64,000 bases of DNA, taken from NCBI GenBank assembly GCA_030650425.1, contig JAUSED010000005.1, forward strand, positions 78,932-142,931. Direction: 5' to 3'. A program made the translations under genes and the position numbers. The stretch is from Candidatus Omnitrophota bacterium (GTDB lineage: Bacteria; Omnitrophota; Gorgyraeia; Gygaellales; Profunditerraquicolaceae). Positions 63,001 to 64,000 of this stretch are shown here, piece after piece. Under the pieces are notes generated by a model. It saw nothing but the letters and a program-made list of their open reading frames with translations, did no database searches and was not told the origin of the DNA. Each line of letters starts with the position of its first letter. The first letter of the stretch is position 1.

Positions 63001-64000
63001 ACTCTCTTACGCTTACTGTATTAGATAGGGTCTTAGAGAGGGTCAATATCAGTGGTGGCTTAAAACAGAAGATTATTGATGGAGTAGCTGCAAGAGAACT
63101 AAACAGTGATGTAATGACCCCGTACGGCTTTACTGTAAAAAGCGCTAACATTACGCCATCCGGCCACCGGGGGTTTGATTTTGTAATTGGGTTATTCAAG
63201 CTTGCAGGCAGATGGAAAGAAGCTGAACGTTACAAGAGGGCTCAAGCAGTAATGAACTTCGCTCCATACCGCAGTAATTATGTCCCAGAAGATGGGTACC
63301 CTCAAACCATAATTTTACCGGGAGAAAGAATTATTGTTCAAAACGAGAAAAGAGAAATGTTTAAATTACCTCTGCAACAACTCGATCCTGATGCTGAATT
63401 TCTTGCCCGCTACGGACTACCTGACAAAAAATCTATAACTAAATATTTATCTTCAAGCCCATTGGCCGAAGTCGCCGCCTCGCCGGTGATAAACAGGCAA
63501 TCCATAACTTATGAAGAATTTGCCGATGATAAACTAGTCAGATTATTACAAAGCGCATCAGAAGAAGAAGTATGGGAGGGCATAATTCAATCCTTAGAAA
63601 AGCCAAGTCTCACTAAGAAAGAGGTGTCGGTAATTTTTGAGAATATTGTAAAGATATGTTATATGGAATATGGATATTACAGGTTCTCCGGTTTTTACTC
63701 TAAGGAGAAATTCCGCGAATTTTTTAAGAGGCTATTAGCATTTAAAGAGGAAATAACCGAAAGGATATTTGTAAATGAAGAAATTAAAATTCTATTCAGG
63801 AAAAGAATTGAAATTCTGAACAAAGTTTTAGATCTATCTGCGGCCGTTCCTTATGAGGTAATTCACTACCAAAGAGAGGATAGGATCATTCCTAAAGACA
63901 CCGATGGTTATTCTTTACCTTTAGCATTTTTAAGAATAATAGCTTTGACTATTTACGATACGTTGAAGGTTAATTTGACAAATAAGGTGGTTGCTATGCA
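1..64000 (+). CDS. Internal fragment of one giant stop-free ORF (21,332 codons in the window, truncated at both edges), encoding a mosaic multi-module protein
   Basis: In the phase with codons at 3,6,9..., my by-eye translation pass from 3 to 63998 met no stop (selected stretches were checked codon by codon). The ORF track lists only three short plus-strand ORFs, all in other phases, as expected if this frame never closes in the window. Recognisable protein domains occur in this phase along the whole length. Confidence 0.9.
3..269 (+). other. C-terminal part of a CheA-type histidine-kinase ATPase (HATPase_c) domain
   Basis: The translation VKDDGKGINKEKIIKRAEELGFI..QQILNLIFLPEVSEAKDSREGTGIGLATIKKSIEAVCGQINVKSKTGQGTQFSFSLPC matches the DDGxGI, ILNLIF-PGFS, GxGxG and G-GT-F blocks of CheA-like kinases. 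Confidence 0.75.
1095..1745 (+). other. Alpha-amylase-family (GH13-like) C-terminal fragment, region IV onward only
   Basis: LLFAENHDERPALDAF resembles GH13 conserved region IV (FxxNHDxxR). It is followed by AAVIILSTEAHMLIPLAQIYG and a beta-sandwich-like tail (GDTIAVINYSDGREKVRIDL). The N-terminal catalytic regions are absent, and the module starts directly after the junction at about 1056. Confidence 0.35.
2990..3990 (+). other. RelA/SpoT homologue module (HD hydrolase-like plus (p)ppGpp synthetase-like domains)
   Basis: The HD part reads GKSFKSGETYFHHALAAAKTLL..AAFLHKL. The synthetase part reads AEIKSRVKSAYGMFEKISSGRR..ALKDILGTHII..KGYEAIHIDVEI, which matches the RelA_SpoT pattern (RxKS.S...K, D..G.RI, GY.S.H). 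I checked the translation codon by codon at 3660-3790. Confidence 0.75.
4890..5300 (+). other. CheR-like SAM-dependent methyltransferase domain
   Basis: IKVLCAEGVSHFKDGPKFFTASRLAILLRE..FDIYVVDTDMSALEQAAYGFYD..FDLITYFFKEYVL parallels the CheR pattern (RIWSAGCSTGEEPYS..ATDID..AL..A..G.Y..FDLIFCRNVLIYF). Confidence 0.55.
5610..6030 (+). other. Second HD (SpoT-type metal-dependent phosphohydrolase) domain
   Basis: AYELARQIHRGKKRDNGEPYLMHPIAVVDIF..ALIDHDVFEE matches the SpoT/HD signature (H.GQ.R..GEPY..HP..VA ... HD..ED). Confidence 0.6.
7293..7437. mobile_element. MITE-like 145-bp palindromic element inserted in-frame, flanked by an 8-bp direct repeat CACGATTC
   Basis: The terminal inverted repeats are GTAATGCGTCGGTCAATGGGGG (7293-) and CCCCCGTTCACTGACGCATTAC (-7437). 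The inner hairpin is GTCATTGCGAGCGAACGAAGTGAGCGAAGCAATCTC / GAGATTGCTTCGTCGCTGCGCTCCTCGCAATGAC. An identical CACGATTC occurs at 7285-7292 and at 7438-7445. Confidence 0.8.
8109..8228. mobile_element. Second MITE-like palindromic element (~120 bp) inserted in-frame, flanked by the direct repeat TTATTG
   Basis: ACTGTTGCGAAATG (8111-8124) is the perfect reverse complement of CATTTCGCAACAGT (8212-8225). The inner hairpin is CGTCATCCTGAGCGAAGCGAAGGATCTCG / CGAGATTCTTCGGCCTTCGGCCTCAGAATGACG. TTATTG occurs at 8103-8108 and at 8229-8234. Confidence 0.75.
8880..9060 (+). other. HEAT/PBS-lyase-like repeats
   Basis: LLLRIAKDSNHLIRKDLAVSLRQLLAHDIHAEILNELINDADREVREEALV fits the HEAT_2 pattern (d.d..vR..a..aL). 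Confidence 0.4.
9636..9708 (+). other. Internal signal-peptide / TM-like hydrophobic segment
   Basis: KLLAAFVFLAYLAASIFSPIVSRA|DSVQ lies about 35 codons downstream of the junction ISSSPI (about 9531). Confidence 0.5.
10760..11440 (+). other. Paralogous module copy A (unknown function; H-x-H motif), followed by a junction and a GerE HTH array
   Basis: LKEHYTEIIVALAMNFPSRIEP...IRYLQEMAGNFELQFCVVSPK..PLLIFSKEL...RFVPFASAVAHTQAYL...LEISWF aligns by eye with copy B at 31235-31985. Confidence 0.6.
11446..12345 (+). other. Three GerE/LuxR-type HTH units
   Basis: The three units read WTDRELEIWRLWAKGVDREAIGKALNEGERFIKRVISKIITKFNI, LSEREKKILWLFIAGYNPKAIALTLSLPEGILLSDILFAMKQKLRV, and LAPSELKLLQKILEGKKMKQI.... 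Each follows the LTxRExxVL..a.G...keIA pattern. Confidence 0.55.
15451..15537 (+). other. Internal signal-peptide-like segment with an AxA-type site
   Basis: GASPIRVMAAGIALITYLHLVLFTPVFA|AEQALKA lies directly after the junction NSSPLAEG (about 15414). Confidence 0.55.
16555..17420 (+). other. TPR repeat block
   Basis: Repeated W/Y..G..Y...G....A...Y..A motifs, for example LWIVVGNYYQNIGDAENAIRAYKEAVEV, WQLAGEIYYKLGDLNQARDAFAIS, and VRLGDIYYQQGDFKQAAKFYADALKSD. Confidence 0.7.
20540..21035 (+). other. GGDEF diguanylate-cyclase domain (GGEEF active site intact)
   Basis: [78 protein letters not shown]. I verified this codon by codon over 20520-20820. Confidence 0.9.
21525..22070 (+). other. RsuA/RluB-family pseudouridine-synthase-like domain, catalytic Asp motif lost
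   Basis: TEGLIILTNNPHLKERLQNNIISQPERYRVSIEGKVSEEDL...ILEIYFSRRGEREILVLFKNFGYSVKNITRTQIGLISPQDLKPGSYRRLKWNEI parallels T.GLLLLTNDG.L...L.HP.....K.Y.V.V.G......L ... L.EGRNRQVRRMF...G..V..L.R..IG...L.DL.PG..R.L. The position of GRLD reads TPAQA. Confidence 0.6.
22262..22900 (+). other. Protein-kinase-like fold module
   Basis: EGGFKRVYKIVLRS..FFVKVVKA (Gly-loop/Lys-like) and FADSKPENVIIHHKSQIGYRGTLIDMDNI (catalytic-loop D.KPEN and DFG-like DMD). Confidence 0.45.
22990..23200 (+). other. ThiS/MoaD-like beta-grasp module (tentative)
   Basis: IKIAINDKEVLVPERTTLLEILNDCYVDINTMDVELNGNLL resembles ThiS (I.vNG......g.Tl..LL........vAVe.NG.iv). There is no C-terminal GG. Confidence 0.3.
24790..25235 (+). 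other. TPR repeat block
   Basis: ANLLNDFGAICLDQGRYSLARILFEVGL.., HFQLGYVSYLLGEFNLAFAYFQTAKRLG, and GFNLVSICKELGDFDNALKEFQEMMQ. Confidence 0.6.
27500..27620 (+). other. HExxH zinc-metallopeptidase-like motif region
   Basis: VRIIIHEYVHYYSFYSPIMQSESFAEVFAE contains HEYVH with a downstream Glu. The assignment rests on the motif only. Confidence 0.3.
29190..29960 (+). other. Sigma-70-family-like module (region 2 and region 4 HTH)
   Basis: Region 2-like: IIRFNMGLIKKIIASYKV...LEDAAIFGAKIAALKYHPERGVKFMTFAWNVIKHEINKIL, compared with nlrLV..iA.ky...DL.QEG..GL..A...fd...g.kFsTYA.wwIr. Region 4-like: KDLFREVVCLE..DTADQFGFSIVAKQRGIKRQTVTKAYYLVLATLR. I verified this codon by codon at 29220-29460. Confidence 0.55.
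30232..31005 (+). other. Low-molecular-weight phosphotyrosine phosphatase / ArsC-like module
   Basis: IKVVFLCNGNRWRSAAMYLW carries the CX5R(S/T) P-loop (C-NGNRW-R-S). A DP-containing loop (ADVLDPDKKEI) lies downstream. Confidence 0.55.
31235..31985 (+). other. Paralogous module copy B, followed by a junction and an XRE HTH array
   Basis: LKEDYLDSLIKIIMAFPSNIDP...VRNIQELAGDFELQFTVIFPK..PLVVFSREL...RFVPFAFSVGHTHGLA...IELAWF aligns with copy A at 10760-11440. Confidence 0.6.
31990..33080 (+). other. Array of about seven tandem XRE/Cro-C1-type HTH units
   Basis: LKQTRRAMDLTQEELAERL.., LRESLGYTPAKLAKVIGYTEVDILHWENAEAWIP, LRQIREKMGLSQKELVNRLG.., LRKDLDYTKESLGRKVGYSRTSVAKWEKGLQNVP, LREFLGYRAEKLARELG..ILRWEEGKEWIP, LRQIRKEVMNLLQKEFGEKVGYSQNISIYLREKG, and INEELGLNITDLISLL... 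Confidence 0.7.
33630..34200 (+). repeat. Three tandem ~64-aa (~190 bp) repeats of unknown function
   Basis: Each unit contains (K/R)KY(R)KI(Y)RA..L...(E)WGFL(N/D)W.SAVKA.G..P. Examples are LRKYRKIRRAFLFLREKGFLSDWNSAVKATGGQP, IKDKYRKIYRAYLLYGIEWGFLNWASAVKACGAKP, and IKKRYPQLFISFIFCQEEWGYLDWSSAVRKTGNQP. Confidence 0.7.
35340..35900 (+). other. TPR-like repeat block
   Basis: AEQLLNDGQYAEAIKLFKQVV, AVDLFEQRNYGKAKGVWKKVL, and AKAYFISGKEHYLRGNYRRAINYFRKVLDV. Confidence 0.55.
36050..36660 (+). other. Second sigma-70-like module (weak region 2; region 4-like HTH)
   Basis: EIVDTHLWLVKLAAIRYLRN.. and AVRQVVTLAFQGLSMEFITRRTELNEKEINQYLKQGGQEIQSLAGL. The C-terminus is paralogous to 33370-33500 (RKVLYLALNHEDMDNIIRLTGLTQEEIDRHLIEGGEKIQKISGL). 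Confidence 0.4.
38400..38760 (+). other. GNAT acetyltransferase-like module
   Basis: AFITAFVLGSLIRHNGYGIKIFRTAIKALKDRKYTSLFLIT resembles GNAT motif A (V.p..rg.GiG..L.......a...g...i.L). Confidence 0.45.
38865..38876 (+). repeat. Junction 12-mer GCCGCCTCGCCG (Ala-Ala-Ser-Pro), perfect copy
   Basis: Exact match, codon-aligned (start divisible by 3). Context: GPAASPVLGK. Confidence 0.95.
38945..39065 (+). other. Transmembrane segment
   Basis: FLVLKVVVVGIIAAGVILVAIAYLFSFIYRFFYFFL. Confidence 0.6.
39822..40165 (+). other. TPR repeat block
   Basis: EVNNLFKQGRFREAVGKLRELLS, ALHMLGSAFIGLKKPYTETMFCLDSALRL, and LGLGLTYNKLGLPDKALGCFEKIIEG. Confidence 0.55.
40975..41530 (+). other. Polytopic membrane module (about 5 hydrophobic helices)
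   Basis: WLSIFPAALFWAGYYLF, VIILASIALIGLTTIVFPSL, FLFSGIYFFSMIIFSALCSVFIL, and FKAFLVFMGAFFISDIVAMF. Confidence 0.6.
41823..41834 (+). repeat. Junction 12-mer, perfect copy
   Basis: Exact match, codon-aligned. Context: NPAASPLAEE. Confidence 0.95.
43555..44340 (+). other. Radical SAM domain
   Basis: ITSKCNLQCAPCIAQ has the CX3CX2C motif at 43590-43613. It is followed by WFVGGEPSLYG (the GGEP motif) and IDTNGTF. Confidence 0.7.
45420..45900 (+). other. HEAT-like repeats
   Basis: IIQQIGGKRAARKLANIFNERDMSWQVKILDMVGTM, AVRNFNPEIVNEAVCGLRNLV, and DAVKLLTNL... Confidence 0.35.
46280..46990 (+). other. Calcineurin-like / PPP-family metallophosphoesterase domain
   Basis: VLVIPDIHCQ (DxH), IQIGDVISRGPE (GDxxDRG-like), LLGSHELL (GNHE-like), VVHAGV, and VGHSP. 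The motifs occur in the canonical order. Confidence 0.7.
49250..49660 (+). other. M48 (HtpX/Ste24-like) zinc peptidase module with following TM helices
   Basis: DAYGRASLSGNYITINPNQLGNPDFELAKLMGHEITHITLGH resembles NAfa.G...I.i..gL...l...El.aVlaHE.gHi...H. It is followed by IGFRVTTALFSILFAAMISGII and LLIAVVFLGTVLMCYLV. Confidence 0.65.
49950..50330 (+). other. PrmA-like class I SAM methyltransferase domain
   Basis: HTTTQSALLALERINITGKTVIDAGTGDGVLAIMMAK..AADF..LELAKENARLNGV..VDILVTNI. Confidence 0.6.
50484..50495 (+). repeat. Junction 12-mer, perfect copy
   Basis: Exact match, codon-aligned. Context: LAAASPVSQL. Confidence 0.95.
53085..53096 (+). repeat. Junction 12-mer, perfect copy
   Basis: Exact match, codon-aligned. 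Context: NPAASPLADK. Confidence 0.95.
53202..53700 (+). other. LOG / TIGR00730-family (Rossmann, PGGxGTxxE) domain, copy 1
   Basis: KVAVFCSAR..GYTIITGAGPGLMEAVGEGA..FVIIPGGLGTLDELLEALTL. The PGGLGTLDE motif was verified codon by codon at 53487-53513. Confidence 0.8.
53800..54300 (+). other. LOG-family-like domain, copy 2 (more divergent)
   Basis: AVGILGSHSF..ILYRGCQGITEAVDKAIE..LIFFAGGIGTLDILSDALCLIQ. Confidence 0.55.
54835..54896 (+). repeat. 62-bp double-junction repeat, copy A (SSPVEKTVGATVVTRGAASP)
   Basis: The 40-bp core AGTTGGAGCGACGGTGGTGACGCGAGGCGCCGCCTCGCCG (54857-54896) is identical to 61313-61352. The 22 bp upstream are similar, with several mismatches. Confidence 0.9.
54885..54896 (+). 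repeat. Junction 12-mer, perfect copy
   Basis: Exact match, codon-aligned. Context: RGAASPLGEW. Confidence 0.95.
55980..56230 (+). other. GNAT-like module
   Basis: GIIAFVRLKLRP..GAGFIVSPVIRQVKRYDTETLLMAVIQSIIEFSLQQLGRVRVWADPANRKMLDYILLFG. Confidence 0.35.
56380..56870 (+). other. Polytopic membrane module (about 4 helices)
   Basis: TVGLSIIISYALLVPVFDLYL, VWIMTFAFLLLAWKF, IIFYLTAFCPGIFLSLITTLSLATIF, and IFFSAVAVAFFSYYTHATAYFILVMLL. The module starts right after the junction GASSPL (about 56364). Confidence 0.6.
57456..58220 (+). other. Signal-peptide-like segment followed by a TPR block (resembles a stand-alone secreted TPR protein)
   Basis: KGNKFLTLTSAFLIFLTSFHLYLSPLRAYA|NLK is followed by YNQASRHLKNQKYQEALDLYIKLIKLAPNYIDAYIDRAYLY, YNHYGLFYYHLEGDYKKAVSYFEQAIGLEPDN, and NDLGGAYFKLGKYGLAEEAYTKAI. 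Confidence 0.6.
59400..59900 (+). other. PrmA-like class I SAM methyltransferase domain
   Basis: HPSTLGAIWAMERY..QQVLDAGCGEGVFTILAANLGASKVIGVDL..ARRNAELNRL..FDKIITNIP. Confidence 0.65.
59964..59975 (+). repeat. Junction 12-mer, perfect copy
   Basis: Exact match, codon-aligned. Context: AGAASPLGKN. Confidence 0.95.
60690..61230 (+). other. Class I SAM methyltransferase-like domain
   Basis: HDILVVGPGNGLDTWFVS..KIYVAGINPLEVANTRAVAKIAG..FDRIIWNMPTYY (an NPPY-like motif) ..LKPNGIALVW. Confidence 0.5.
61291..61352 (+). repeat. 62-bp double-junction repeat, copy B (SSPLKEIVGATVVTRGAASP)
   Basis: The 40-bp core at 61313-61352 is identical to 54857-54896. It lies immediately upstream of the antisense TA cassette. 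Confidence 0.9.
61341..61352 (+). repeat. Junction 12-mer, perfect copy (left border of the TA cassette)
   Basis: Exact match, codon-aligned. Context: RGAASPVSGG. Confidence 0.95.
61380..61865 (-). CDS. vapC: PIN-domain ribonuclease toxin (VapC-like), antisense to and nested in the giant ORF
   Basis: This is the 161-aa ORF in the track. The four PIN acidic positions occur in canonical context: IFVDSNIFIY, VVAELLHRL, LLTNDALNLALM, and ATNDRDFERI. Its ATG (61863-61865) abuts the TAG stop of the upstream small gene (61866-61868), a typical TA operon layout. Confidence 0.85.
   Translation of the reverse strand: MLAKVKSGKKIFVDSNIFIYHFLGINDNATNFLQRCEQKEIIAYTSVIVVAELLHRLMIAETIEIYNISSHKAVSYLKSHPQITKELSKCHIAINSIPKLNIKIWPLNESVFDTAQLIIKQSGLLTNDALNLALMRIRKIRNIATNDRDFERIKDITVFRP
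61866..62069 (-). CDS. Small antitoxin (AF2212/DUF104-like), 67 aa from the internal ATG
   Basis: MTKTILGIYERGVIRPLSKVPLAEHQRIEIRFELP matches the ..aiYenGvlkPlepl.LpEg.rv.i pattern of PIN-associated antitoxins. An AGGAG SD lies 7 nt upstream of the ATG at 62067-62069. The track ORF (107 aa) over-extends 5' across the promoter. Confidence 0.7.
   Translation of the reverse strand: MTKTILGIYERGVIRPLSKVPLAEHQRIEIRFELPKTTTEVTRAIIHIKRGIAKILAESPNFSPLNN
62077..62119 (-). promoter_or_regulatory. Sigma-70-type promoter plus Shine-Dalgarno for the antisense TA operon
   Basis: The minus strand reads TTGACA (62119-62114), an 18-nt spacer ending in TGG (extended -10 TGn), TATACT (62095-62090), TTTTTAGA, AGGAG (62081-62077), AAAAAAT, then ATG. 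Confidence 0.65.
62133..62144 (+). repeat. Junction 12-mer, perfect copy (right border of the TA cassette)
   Basis: Exact match, codon-aligned. Context: SLAASPIRIS. Confidence 0.95.
62400..63200 (+). other. Possible second radical-SAM-like module
   Basis: FGFGCLRPCPHCSEGN carries CX3CX2C at 62415-62438. No other motif is confidently recognised. Confidence 0.3.
63474..63485 (+). repeat. Junction 12-mer, perfect copy
   Basis: Exact match, codon-aligned. Context: EVAASPVINR. Confidence 0.95.

Noticed and set aside
362-63199. The other ~70 minus-strand ORFs of 60-170 aa in the track, for example 45410-45922, 39053-39532, 43928-44371 and 48941-49378.
   Set aside because: They have the same shadow-frame character (Ser/Leu/Phe-rich, no motifs) and lie opposite clearly coding plus-strand domains. 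Only 61380-61865 and 61866-62069 have real family signatures.
38865-63485. The repeated 12-mer as a CRISPR-like or other non-coding repeat array.
   Set aside because: The repeats are only 12-16 nt long and the spacing is irregular (0.08-8.6 kb). They are always codon-aligned within a coding frame, there is no palindromic repeat structure, and there are no cas genes.
1053-63485. The junction as a rare-codon translational pause site.
   Set aside because: CCG is visibly a common Pro codon throughout this ORF, and GCC is also common. Only TCG looks infrequent, so a rare-codon argument is not supported without a real codon table.
1-64000. Stop-codon reassignment (an alternative genetic code) as the explanation for the huge ORF.
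   Set aside because: Reassignment would leave in-frame TAA/TAG/TGA codons that a standard-code track would break on. This frame contains none of the three, so no recoding is needed.
1-64000. rRNA, tRNA, other structured ncRNA, IS transposase or integrase genes.
   Set aside because: I saw none of these. The window is fully occupied by the giant frame, and no transposase- or integrase-like translation appeared in any frame of the track.

Overview
The whole 64-kb window appears to lie inside one uninterrupted plus-strand reading frame. Codons start at nt 3, giving 21,332 sense codons with no TAA/TAG/TGA, and the frame is open at both window edges. This is therefore an internal fragment of a giant gene longer than 64 kb. 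The ORF track supports this: it lists no plus-strand ORF in that phase, and a frame that never closes has no start-to-stop ORF to report. Nearly all minus-strand ORFs are S/L/F-rich shadow frames.

The giant ORF is a mosaic of dozens of gene-sized modules that normally occur as separate proteins:
- Signalling enzymes: CheA-type ATPase, RelA/SpoT, CheR-like methyltransferase, HD, GGDEF, and two LOG domains.
- Other enzyme-like modules: a pseudouridine-synthase-like domain lacking its catalytic Asp, a kinase-like fold, LMW-PTP, two radical-SAM-like modules, a PPP-type phosphoesterase, an M48 peptidase, three class-I methyltransferases, and GNATs.
- DNA-binding modules: sigma-70-like modules, GerE x3 and XRE x7 HTH arrays.
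- Structural and membrane parts: TPR/HEAT blocks and many TM or signal-peptide-like segments.

Modules are separated by a recurring in-frame junction [A/S][A/S]-S-P-[V/L/I], about 75 copies by my reading. Nine copies are spelled identically as GCCGCCTCGCCG, and all nine lie in the 3' 26 kb.

Three embedded elements stand out:
1. Two MITE-like palindromic elements with flanking direct repeats. Their insertion footprints (153 and 126 bp) both preserve the frame.
2. A 62-bp direct repeat encoding a double junction, with copies 6,456 bp apart.
3. An antisense PIN-toxin/antitoxin (VapBC-like) cassette with its own sigma-70 promoter and SD. It sits exactly between two junction 12-mers and is codon-aligned with the giant frame, which stays open through it because the TA genes use no TTA, CTA or TCA codon.

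I found no rRNA, tRNA or CRISPR array. Giant ORFs of this kind have been reported from Omnitrophota metagenome bins. I cannot assign taxonomy from the sequence alone.
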